The notes under the pieces were generated by a model. It was not told the origin of the DNA. It saw only the letters and a list, made by a program, of their open reading frames with translations, and did no database searches. A stretch of 55,879 nucleotides of DNA from Promethearchaeati archaeon (lineage in GTDB: Archaea; Asgardarchaeota; Heimdallarchaeia; JABLTI01), in assembly GCA_013166835.1 (NCBI GenBank), contig JABLTI010000005.1, positions 1 through 55,879 of the forward strand, read 5' to 3'. A program made the position numbers and the translations under genes. Shown in pieces: positions 47,299-55,879 of this stretch. Within the stretch, counting starts at the first letter, position 1; each line of letters starts with the position of its first letter.

Positions 47299-48231
47299 AT
47301 GGAAGAATCCAATATTATAACAGAGGAAGTTAAAGAGGAAAGAGATCCGGAAATCGATGAAGCTGAATCTAAAAAATTTCAGTGGACAAAGGATAAAATC
47401 GTTTTAGCAATTATTTTCTCGATTATAATCTTAGCATCCATTGCATTACTTATTGTAATAATTGTGGATAAGGAATTCCTGTTCTTGACAATTAGAGACT
47501 GGTTCATCGCACCAATTATTGGAATTCATGTAGCATGGCAAGTATTGCTGTTTCTCGCATTAATGGTTTTGCAAAGCCTGTTCGCACCTATACCTTCTGA
47601 ATTAATACTACTTTCAGGTGGAATGATATTTGGTTGGGTTTGGGGTACTGTTATTGGTGTTGCAGGTTCAATGGTTAGCTCTGTTATTACATTTTATCTT
47701 TCTAAAAGAGGAGGTAGAGCTATTATTGATGCAACTGGAGAAAAAATAGGCATCTTGAAGAGATCGATTTTGGTTTTTGATATCTGGATTAAAAGATGGG
47801 GACTTTGGGCGATTTTGGTTGGAAGAGCTGTTCCAGTAATAATGTTTGATCCAATTAGTTATGCTGCTGGACTTGCGAAGGTAAAAGATTGGCAGTATTT
47901 CTTGGCTACATTTATTGGTTCTATTCCGAGATCAATATTCTATGTGTTTTTAGGTCAACAACTACTTGCAGGGAATCCTATTGAGTATATACTGGGATTA
48001 ACACCAGCAGAAGTAGATGATGTTGCTGGCAAATTTAACACATATTTCTTCATCATTTTCGGCATCCTAGTTTTCATGTTCATATTATCAAATGTTATTT
48101 ATTATCTACTAAAAAGAAAACAAGCAAAAGAAGCTAGCGAATTACCTGAAACAAAAGAAGATAACAATACAGAGGAAGAGACTATCTCTCAAGAAGACTT
48201 GAAAGAACCAATTAAGGAAGATACGAGTTAG
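47299..48231 (+). CDS. TVP38/TMEM64 (DedA/VTT) family membrane protein
   Basis: QSLFAPIPSE, GG..FGW..G, GR..P....D.ISYAAGL, F.ATFIG..P. Confidence 0.85.
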   Translation: MEESNIITEEVKEERDPEIDEAESKKFQWTKDKIVLAIIFSIIILASIALLIVIIVDKEFLFLTIRDWFIAPIIGIHVAWQVLLFLALMVLQSLFAPIPSELILLSGGMIFGWVWGTVIGVAGSMVSSVITFYLSKRGGRAIIDATGEKIGILKRSILVFDIWIKRWGLWAILVGRAVPVIMFDPISYAAGLAKVKDWQYFLATFIGSIPRSIFYVFLGQQLLAGNPIEYILGLTPAEVDDVAGKFNTYFFIIFGILVFMFILSNVIYYLLKRKQAKEASELPETKEDNNTEEETISQEDLKEPIKEDTS

Positions 48232-48334
48232 AAAAACAATTTATTATTGAGAAAAATTAAAATGAAATAGGATTGTTTTTATCAGTCATCAGTCCAATAT
48301 GTAATTATTAGATTAAATCAAATGTGGAATTAGT

Positions 48335-49231
48335 TTGAGTCAAATAAGAGAAAAAGTTCAGGATATCATTAGGAATTTTGATAATGAATCCAGTTTCACA
48401 ATACTCGCAACTGCTGCAATGATACCTTTCCTAGAAGAGCCTTTGAATCGAGCTCGCTTTTTCGAATATGATAAAAAATTAGAGTTGTATTTTGATTCCA
48501 AAGACTTGAATCGGTTTAGTCGAGTAAAAGAGCTTACTGAAAAAATCGCAAAACGAATTAACGTCCAAAAAGTCTCTGGATTTGAAAGATTTCTCAAAGG
48601 TTTTAGTGAAAAGGGAATTATGATTCGAGAAAAAGAAGGACCATCTGACGGCATGGCCTGGAAAGGTTTTGGTGGAGTTCATTCACATTATGATTTAACA
48701 CCATTAGGGGTAGCTTTGTTAATATTTCAAACCACATTAAGGTGCCCAGCTGTTAATTTTAGAAAACTGGAATTCTCTGAGGATTGGGATGCATTCTTTA
48801 AACAAGAAATGTTTCTAATTTCACTAGGAATTTCTACAAATAAGTTCAGAGTTAAATATCGAGATAATTGCTTTTATGCTAAAAGAGTAGAAGCTAGTTA
48901 TATCTCACAATTGATTTTCGAGTTTATTGCTGGCGCTCCCAAGAAAATTACTTTGGAAGATGTTCGAGCTTTCATTTTCGATAAAGCAGGTGAAATACAT
49001 TTAGGTGAAATTCCTGGAGCACTTGAAAGGCTTCAACCATTGCTTCAAATATCAGGAGAAACTATTAGTCTGAATGGTCGTGGCAGACACGCTAGTTGTG
49101 GTTATGCTAATGTTATCATTGAAGCAGCATTATTATTAGAAGATACAGAAATAGTTCATTATATGATTACCGCGAAGAATTTAGAAGAAGGATCTAGAAA
49201 GCTTTTGGAAAACTACGCTTATTATTTTTAG
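48335..49231 (+). CDS. Hypothetical protein, possibly tandem winged-helix
   Basis: Long ORF; YDLTPLG and ISLNGRG wing-like motifs. Confidence 0.5.
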   Translation: MSQIREKVQDIIRNFDNESSFTILATAAMIPFLEEPLNRARFFEYDKKLELYFDSKDLNRFSRVKELTEKIAKRINVQKVSGFERFLKGFSEKGIMIREKEGPSDGMAWKGFGGVHSHYDLTPLGVALLIFQTTLRCPAVNFRKLEFSEDWDAFFKQEMFLISLGISTNKFRVKYRDNCFYAKRVEASYISQLIFEFIAGAPKKITLEDVRAFIFDKAGEIHLGEIPGALERLQPLLQISGETISLNGRGRHASCGYANVIIEAALLLEDTEIVHYMITAKNLEEGSRKLLENYAYYF

Positions 49232-49238
49232 AAAAGTT

Positions 49239-50150
49239 TTATCCCTTTGCTGGATCACCAATAGCAAAAATTACTGGATTAGTAGTAGCTGGAGTTTTTA
49301 CACCAAAATACATTCTTAATGAATAGCTTGTTTGTTCAAATCCCAGTTCTTTCAATGCTTTAATTCCCCATTTACTATTCTCAAGTATTCCAAGAGCTAT
49401 AATTTGAACTTTCTCTTTTGTTTTTGCTGCTTCTAATGCTGCTCTTATTAAATCCATTGTAGCTTCAAATGAATGAGCTACTCCAGCTCTTAATTTTAAG
49501 GCTCCATTTTGAAGCGTACCAAATAAATAGCCGGCTAAGAAATTATCCCTATCACGAGTAATAAAGGAAAATTCAGGAAAGTCCTCGAAAAGAGGGAAAA
49601 GTAAGTTCTCACGATTACCTCCAAAGAGTTCTTTATCAGCTTCAATAATTTGTACTAAATCATCTTCTTTACAATTAACAACCGGGAATTTTTGTTCATA
49701 TTCTTTTGTTTTAGAAATAAGATCATCGAGATTAGATGGATTCTCAATTTTAATTTTGTAACGAAGTGAATTCAATTCAAAAACAAATCCAACTCTTTCA
49801 TATAGAGTTTTAGCTTTTGCAACAGCATCCAGTTTTATCGTTTTACAACCTTGAAATTCTAAAACCCTCATTGCTTCATTCATTAATTCCTGCCCAATTC
49901 CCATACCTCTGAAATTTGGATTGACAATAACATGACCAATTACGCCTATTTGACCAAAAGAAGCAGCTAATGTAATCCCTATCATTTCTGCTGTTTCATT
50001 ATCAATTACAGCTATATACGTTGTATTAGGATTCAGCATAGTTCTTTTGATATCAGCTCTTGTTTCTCCCCAACCTGTTAAATCTATTAATCTGTAAACA
50101 TCCTCAAAATCCTCTTGAGTTGCGATATAGAAATCCAAATTTCCAGTCAT
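49239..50150 (-). CDS. GNAT N-acetyltransferase with C-terminal second domain (YitH-like)
   Basis: GW, VIV.P.FRG.GIG..LM, LDA...A..LYERVGF, RMY.G. Confidence 0.85.
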   Translation of the reverse strand: MTGNLDFYIATQEDFEDVYRLIDLTGWGETRADIKRTMLNPNTTYIAVIDNETAEMIGITLAASFGQIGVIGHVIVNPNFRGMGIGQELMNEAMRVLEFQGCKTIKLDAVAKAKTLYERVGFVFELNSLRYKIKIENPSNLDDLISKTKEYEQKFPVVNCKEDDLVQIIEADKELFGGNRENLLFPLFEDFPEFSFITRDRDNFLAGYLFGTLQNGALKLRAGVAHSFEATMDLIRAALEAAKTKEKVQIIALGILENSKWGIKALKELGFEQTSYSLRMYFGVKTPATTNPVIFAIGDPAKG

Positions 50151-50217
50151 ACGATTCAGCTCTTCTATAGTCTCTCTTATAATTCATTGAAATTAAAGAT
50201 AAGATATGATTGATAAA

Positions 50218-51444
50218 TTATTTCAAAAGTCTCTTCATAAAATAATTCAAATGTGTTTTGAAATTAAAATACTCCTCAATTGTTTTTCTCGCTTCAGAAC
50301 CAAGGGCTTCCCGTAGGTTTTTATTCGAATACAAACCAGAAATCCAACGAATTAGTTCTGCCTTGTTCTCTGGTGGAACAATTAATCCATTTTGTGTGTG
50401 AATAATTAGTTCCTTTATCCCTGATAAATCCGAAGCAATACAGGGAAGCGAACAACTCATAGCTTCTATAAGAGATAAACCCAAGGCTTCTCTTTTTGAA
50501 GGCAGAATAAAACAATCAGCACTTGAATAAATATCTACAAGATCCTCATCAGAACTAACTGATGTAAAATGAAAACGTTTCTCTAGCTTATTTTTTGTAA
50601 CAAGCTCTTCAAGATCCTTCTTGTATTGGCCTTCACCGACAATTAACACACGCATAGTTCGAAATGAATTATCTCGAGTAATCATCTCATTGTAAATTTC
50701 TGGCAAAACTGCTAATCCCTTTTCTTCAATGATTCTCCCGGCATATAATAGTAAAAAGGAATTATCAGAAATATCAAATTTCTCTCTAACATTAGTATTT
50801 GGGGTCAAACGTTTCTTAAAGAAATCAATATCAATGCCTACGTAATTAACTTTTGATTTAATACCCATTTTAGTCATATCAGTTTGAACGGATTTGCTAA
50901 TTGCAAAAACTCCTTTGAACAAATTTTGAAAAGAGGTTAACACACTATAAAGGTTGCTTTCTTCACCTGAAGGTAAAATTAACTTCGAAGCAGGACTATG
51001 ACTCCAGAAATAAAAAGAAGTAGTTGGAAAAGTATCATGGTTTTGCTTCAAGAAATAAAGAGCATAAGGAGTAATGAAATATGAATTATGAACATGAATG
51101 GCCTTTGGTTTATTTTCTTTAATAAACAAGTGGAATTCTTTTGCTAATTTCATAGCAGAATTTTCAATATCACTGGGTTTAAACAGATTATTTGAAAGAG
51201 TTTGTTTTTCTTCTTCTGAGGCATTATTGAATTTCTGAATTCGATCTACAAAATCTCCACAATCAAACCTTAGAATTTTAATACCATCTATTACTTCTTC
51301 CTTCTGTTGATTACCCTCAGTTTTTTGTGTAAGAATAATTGGTTCAATATTCAAATTTTTTAGAGCCTTACTCATTCTTCTCAAATAGGATTTTACTCCA
51401 CCAATGTCATCTTTTGAGAAACGCTCAACAAAGAAAGCTATAAT
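50218..51444 (-). CDS. GT4 family glycosyltransferase (probable ATT start at 51444)
   Basis: GR...KG, VGEG, PS.REALGL..IEAM, G..E. Frame extends upstream to IIAFFVERF...IGGV, preceded by GGAGG. Confidence 0.88.
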   Translation of the reverse strand: MIAFFVERFSKDDIGGVKSYLRRMSKALKNLNIEPIILTQKTEGNQQKEEVIDGIKILRFDCGDFVDRIQKFNNASEEEKQTLSNNLFKPSDIENSAMKLAKEFHLFIKENKPKAIHVHNSYFITPYALYFLKQNHDTFPTTSFYFWSHSPASKLILPSGEESNLYSVLTSFQNLFKGVFAISKSVQTDMTKMGIKSKVNYVGIDIDFFKKRLTPNTNVREKFDISDNSFLLLYAGRIIEEKGLAVLPEIYNEMITRDNSFRTMRVLIVGEGQYKKDLEELVTKNKLEKRFHFTSVSSDEDLVDIYSSADCFILPSKREALGLSLIEAMSCSLPCIASDLSGIKELIIHTQNGLIVPPENKAELIRWISGLYSNKNLREALGSEARKTIEEYFNFKTHLNYFMKRLLK

Positions 51445-51591
51445 TTAAATTTCCTCCGGAGAATTATAACCAGTAATCAGTATTGAATAGGTTTTTCTTA
51501 TTTATGAATTAAGACTGTTAATTAAAGGTTTATGTTTATGAGAAATTATTAACTGATATTTAGCAAACAGAAAAAAACATTATATCTTCTA

Positions 51592-52614
51592 ATGGAAATA
51601 GAAATGTTAATGGAGAATAAGAGCATGGCAAAATTCAAAGTTTTTCTAACACGAAGAATTCCACAACCTGCAATAGATAAATTACTTGAGAGCAATATAG
51701 ATTTAGAGTTAAATGAAGAAGATAGAGTACTAACGAAAGAAGAGATAATAGAAGGAGTGAAAGGAAAAGACGGATTAATTTGTCTATTGACTGATACCAT
51801 TGATTCTGAGATAATGGATCATGCTGGACCTAAGCTAAAAATAATCGCAAATTATGCTGTTGGATACAATAATATTGACGTTCCAGCTGCTAATGCAAGG
51901 AATATTCCAATAACAAACACACCGGGTGTTCTAACTGATACAACAGCTGATTTTACTATGGCTTTATTATTAGCAATTGCTCGAAAAATTGTTATCAGTG
52001 ATAAATTCACTCGAGATGGAAAATTCAAAGGATGGGGACCTTTATTGCAGTTAGGGACAGATGTTTTTGAAAAAACAATAGGAATAATTGGTTGTGGGAG
52101 AATTGGTTCTGCAGTAGCTCGAAGAGCAGCTAAAGGCTTTCAAATGAAAGTTAGATATTATGATACTAAACGTTTTCCTGAATTAGAAAAGGAATTAGGA
52201 ATGGAATATTGTTCACTAAAAGAATTACTGAGAAACTCTGATTTCATTTCTTTACATATACCCCTGACAGATACAACAAAATATATGATTGGTCAAAAAG
52301 AAATTTCCATGATGAAATCTACTGCTTTTCTTATCAATACATCAAGAGGATTAATCATTGATGAAAAAGCACTTGTGAAAGCTCTAGAAGAAAAGCAAAT
52401 TACTGGCGCTGCATTAGATGTTTATGAAAATGAACCTGACCTATCCCCAGGACTTAAAGAACTCGATAATGTAGTACTTGCTGCACATATTGCCAGTGCA
52501 TCCATAGAAACGAGAACTAAAATGGGAATGATTGCTGTAGAAAATTTGTTGATTGGGTTGCAAGGGAAAATGCCGCCAAATTGCATCAATTCAATCATAT
52601 ATAAAAAAAACTGA
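51592..52614 (+). CDS. gyaR: D-glycerate dehydrogenase / glyoxylate reductase
   Basis: AVGYNNID, NTPGVLT, GIIGCGRIG, INTSRG, LDVYENEP, HIASA. True start may be the downstream MAKFKV. Confidence 0.88.
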   Translation: MEIEMLMENKSMAKFKVFLTRRIPQPAIDKLLESNIDLELNEEDRVLTKEEIIEGVKGKDGLICLLTDTIDSEIMDHAGPKLKIIANYAVGYNNIDVPAANARNIPITNTPGVLTDTTADFTMALLLAIARKIVISDKFTRDGKFKGWGPLLQLGTDVFEKTIGIIGCGRIGSAVARRAAKGFQMKVRYYDTKRFPELEKELGMEYCSLKELLRNSDFISLHIPLTDTTKYMIGQKEISMMKSTAFLINTSRGLIIDEKALVKALEEKQITGAALDVYENEPDLSPGLKELDNVVLAAHIASASIETRTKMGMIAVENLLIGLQGKMPPNCINSIIYKKN

Positions 52615-52761
52615 AGGACAATTTTTAAATTTCAAGTGATATGTTGTTCAAATGATTGCTAAAAGCTCCAACAATTAGTTCGAAGAAAAAGCTAATAAAT
52701 CTTTAGAACTAAGGGTAAGCAATCTAAAAAATATGTTAAAAGACTAGGAGTATAGAAAATC

Positions 52762-52995
52762 ATGGCTAAAGCATATGTACTAATAAACTCAGAAATCGGT
52801 GGAGAACAAGAGGTTGTTGATCAGCTAAAAGCAATGAAGGAAGTAGTTGAGGTAAGTATTGTTTACGGAGTTTACGATGTAATCGTAAAGCTTGAAGCAG
52901 ATTCCATGGAAGTTCTAAAGGAATTAATCACCTCTAAAGTTCGACACTTGAACAAAGTGCGATCAACGATGACAATGATTGCAAGTCAAGAATAG
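52762..52995 (+). CDS. Stand-alone Lrp/AsnC ligand-binding (RAM) domain protein
   Basis: AYVLIN.E.G.E..V, VYGVYD...K, KVRST.TMI. Confidence 0.88.
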   Translation: MAKAYVLINSEIGGEQEVVDQLKAMKEVVEVSIVYGVYDVIVKLEADSMEVLKELITSKVRHLNKVRSTMTMIASQE

Positions 52996-53180
52996 GTTTA
53001 ATTCAAATTCTCAATAAAAGCAAAAGGAATTAATCATTCCTTTTCTATTACTTGAGATGCTTTATCTCAACTGTATTATTTTTCTTTGTAAATTTAATTG
53101 ACAGAATCATATGTGAGAGAATGGACTAAGTGAATTCATTTACAAATAGAAAATAAAAAGAAAGGAAGAGTTTTCTTCGT

Positions 53181-53444
53181 TTATTTCTTGAGTACTCGGG
53201 ATTCTGCTGCTATCATAGTCATTGTAGATCTGACTTTATTGAGATGTCTTACTTTTGTTGTAATATTTTCTTTAAGAAGTTCCATAGTTTCTGAAGTGAT
53301 TTTAGCAACGATATCATATACACCGTATACGACAGAGACTTCCTCCACCTCTGGCATATCCTTTAGTTGTGCAATAACATCTTCTTCCCCACCAATTTCT
53401 GTATTAATTAATACATATGCACTAGCCACTTTTTTACCCACCAA
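53181..53444 (-). CDS. Stand-alone Lrp/AsnC ligand-binding domain protein (close paralog of 52762-52995)
   Basis: Shares AYVLIN.EIGGE, VYGVYD and KVRHLNKVRSTMTMIA with the convergent gene. Confidence 0.88.
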   Translation of the reverse strand: MVGKKVASAYVLINTEIGGEEDVIAQLKDMPEVEEVSVVYGVYDIVAKITSETMELLKENITTKVRHLNKVRSTMTMIAAESRVLKK

Positions 53445-53879
53445 TAGTTCAATTTATTTTTAATTACATCATTTAAGGATATATAATAATAAAAATTCTT
53501 CTACTAACATATAGCACTATTGTGGACAAAGAAAGATGATATTTAAGTTCTCTCAAATTTAAATTAGATTTCAGTTGTTGCTAGACGATGTTTTATATAA
53601 TCAAATTAATTTGTACATCTTTGTATTTCTTTGTGAAAATTAAAGAAGAAAAGAAACCTTCAATCTGTAATTAATCCTTATTTTTATTGTTCCGGTTTAA
53701 GCTCATATGAAATTTTTCAAAAATTTCGCGAAGACTCTCCCTAAAGTTTTTTAGCTTGTAAGTTTTAATATTCGATGGGAGGTATATACCTATCATCTAA
53801 TTCCATTAGATTAACCAGAAACTTATAACAATTTTATAACCATTGTTCTCTATGATAAGAATATAGGAGGGAAAAATGC

Positions 53880-55484
53880 CTGAACAAGAAAATTAACACT
53901 TTTTTAACAATTATAATTGTTATTAGTTTACCTTATCTAGAACAATTAGATAATACAATATTCTCTGTACAATCAATATCACCCAGCAAAGAAGAAATTG
54001 CATATTATTGGGCGCCTATTTGGTATCAAGAAGTAGACGTAAGTTTTTCTGAGGCTGATTTTATAACTACTTTCAATTTTGATGGCAACTGGATAGGTAA
54101 TGATAATTGGGAAAACTTGGAAAATAGCTCATATCCCGCTGGAATCTATTATTCAGTAGTTGAGACTGAAACTCATTGGTTTTTAGGATATTATGATTTT
54201 CATAGTCGTGATTGGACAGAAGTATTTATTTTACAACATGAGAATGATTTTGAGGGAATTTTAGTTGTAATTAAAAAAGAACCAGAACCATGGGGTGAAT
54301 TTCTCTGTTTGATAACAGAATCTCATGGAGCTTTATTACCCTATACTGACAGTGATAGTTACCCATCGAATGCAGTAACTAATAGTCACAATACAATTAG
54401 GGGAGATGTTGAATTCGAATATATTGATACTTACAATATAAGTGTACCATTTAGTGGCCATGATCATCCAATAATTTATGTTGATAAATGGGGACATGGA
54501 GTGCACGCAGATAATCGATGGGAGATTAATGGATTCCCAAATGATGCTGGAATCATTTACAAACCATTAGGTATAAGTGAAGAACCACAAAAAAAAGTAA
54601 ATTGTAATGTAAGTTATTCTCTAATTGATATTGATGTGTTTTGGGATATGAGAGGTGGACCTTATGGTGAAGGGCAAGCATTAGGTAGTTTTAACACAAT
54701 GGATGGAGATAATTTTGGAGTAGATGCAGCTCAATTTCCTTGGGCATGGGATGATTCAAATGATGGGCCAACTTTTGCTGGCGAATTATTTTACAATCCT
54801 GCAGGTTTAGTTGATACGCATTTAAATGGCTTAGGAGATTTTAGTCATAAGTATCTCTATAATCCTTATGCAATACAATTGACTTTAGATGCTTACAAAG
54901 TAAACTGGGATTTAGATGATGAACATGATGCTACTGATGGTTATTTAAATCTCTATATGATGGATGGAGCAGGAAATTATGAGCATATAAATTATGGAGA
55001 TGGCGTTCTAGATGGAAATAGTGGTAGTCAATTCAATTGGATAGGATGGGATATGGCCAACGGAATTTGGTTGGATATGCATCAGCAGATCCCAAAATCA
55101 TTTTATGGTATTTTATATCCCGACAAACCATGGTTTGGATTACGAAGCAAAGATTGGGATGAATTTTCATCTGATCCTTGGTTAATGACAAAAGAGAAAA
55201 CACATTGGTATGGTTCAAAAGGAATAGCTAGGATGGAAGGCGAGATAGTTCAAGAGATAGAGATTGGACAAACACATTTGGATTGGATAGGATCAGAACT
55301 CAATCTGACAATAAACCTAACAGTAAATGCCATGTTACCTCCACCAATTAGAAAACGAACAATCTGGTCATATTCAATTGGAGGAACAGGATTAATAATT
55401 GTTATAGGTTTCTTAAGTCTTAGAAGAAGAAGAAAAAAGAAAAATACTAAAAAAATTTTAGAAGGAGATTCAGGTCATAGCTAA
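53880..55484 (+). CDS. Secreted, C-terminally anchored acidic protein with NPP1/Vps62-like domain (probable CTG start at 53880)
   Basis: In-frame upstream extension gives MNKKINTFLTIIIVISLP (signal-like) and YWAPIWYQ...NFDGNW.GNDNWEN; YYSVVET, HENDFEG; C-terminal TM plus RRRRKKK. Confidence 0.6.
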   Translation: MNKKINTFLTIIIVISLPYLEQLDNTIFSVQSISPSKEEIAYYWAPIWYQEVDVSFSEADFITTFNFDGNWIGNDNWENLENSSYPAGIYYSVVETETHWFLGYYDFHSRDWTEVFILQHENDFEGILVVIKKEPEPWGEFLCLITESHGALLPYTDSDSYPSNAVTNSHNTIRGDVEFEYIDTYNISVPFSGHDHPIIYVDKWGHGVHADNRWEINGFPNDAGIIYKPLGISEEPQKKVNCNVSYSLIDIDVFWDMRGGPYGEGQALGSFNTMDGDNFGVDAAQFPWAWDDSNDGPTFAGELFYNPAGLVDTHLNGLGDFSHKYLYNPYAIQLTLDAYKVNWDLDDEHDATDGYLNLYMMDGAGNYEHINYGDGVLDGNSGSQFNWIGWDMANGIWLDMHQQIPKSFYGILYPDKPWFGLRSKDWDEFSSDPWLMTKEKTHWYGSKGIARMEGEIVQEIEIGQTHLDWIGSELNLTINLTVNAMLPPPIRKRTIWSYSIGGTGLIIVIGFLSLRRRRKKKNTKKILEGDSGHS

Positions 55485-55648
55485 TTGAATAAAATTTTAT
55501 ATAATATAATCATCTTCTGCAAAAGATAAAATATAATACTTAGTGTAACAATATTTTCATGTTTGGGCAAAGTTTCATAAAGGGAAATCTTATTTCTATT
55601 TCTTTGCCTAAATAACGAATATAGGTATTGATTTGGAGGAATAACTTA

Positions 55649-55879
55649 TTGCATAAAAGATTATTAATTCCAGGACCTACAGAAGTTAAATCTGACGTCC
55701 TAAAACAACAAGCGAAACCACTAATTGGTCATCGACCAAAGGAATTTACTGAACTTTATACAGGAATTTTCGACAAACTACAGAAATTCCATAAGACCAA
55801 ACAGTGGGTTACTGTTCCAACTGCTTCTGGCACATTATTTATGGATATGACAGCACGATCACTTGTAAAAGAAAAAGCA
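55649..55879 (+). CDS. Class V aminotransferase (serine-pyruvate/alanine-glyoxylate type), 5' part only
   Basis: GGAGG RBS, TTG start, hand translation MHKRLLIPGPTEV...IGHR..EF...SGT..M; runs off the window end. Confidence 0.85.
   Translation, partial: MHKRLLIPGPTEVKSDVLKQQAKPLIGHRPKEFTELYTGIFDKLQKFHKTKQWVTVPTASGTLFMDMTARSLVKEKA

Noticed and set aside
1-55879. tRNA, rRNA, CRISPR arrays, transposases or integrases
   Set aside because: None recognised by eye; tRNAscan-SE and Infernal would be needed to exclude short RNAs.

Overview
AT-rich, gene-dense archaeal DNA, most likely from an Asgard archaeon (probably Heimdallarchaeia). This is an inference from GGTGA/GGAGG Shine-Dalgarno sites, a TFS/RpoM-like gene, archaeal ThiI-like, BpsA, single-domain GET3-type ATPase, Lrp/AsnC RAM-domain genes, a TPR+longin/roadblock-like protein, and CdvA-like and TRAP-beta-like proteins. 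The standout is a ~16 kb locus (23450-39624) built around a 3599-aa type I fatty-acid/polyketide megasynthase. Its domain order is FMN-ER, FMN-ER, KS, AT, KS, ACP, ACP, KR, DH, PPTase, and both ACPs have Thr in place of the canonical Ser. It is clustered with a three-subunit acyl-CoA carboxylase, a biotin ligase and an alpha/beta hydrolase, which together look like a self-sufficient ACP-dependent acyl-chain pathway in an archaeon. Next to it is a speD-bpsA polyamine operon whose AdoMetDC also has Thr at the pyruvoyl-forming Ser. Also present are unannotated zinc-ribbon microproteins, a GNAT pseudogene, likely ATT/CTG start codons, two candidate structured sRNAs and several local paralog pairs. 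No tRNA, rRNA, CRISPR array or mobile element was recognised. All calls come from reading motifs by eye; no database searches were run.
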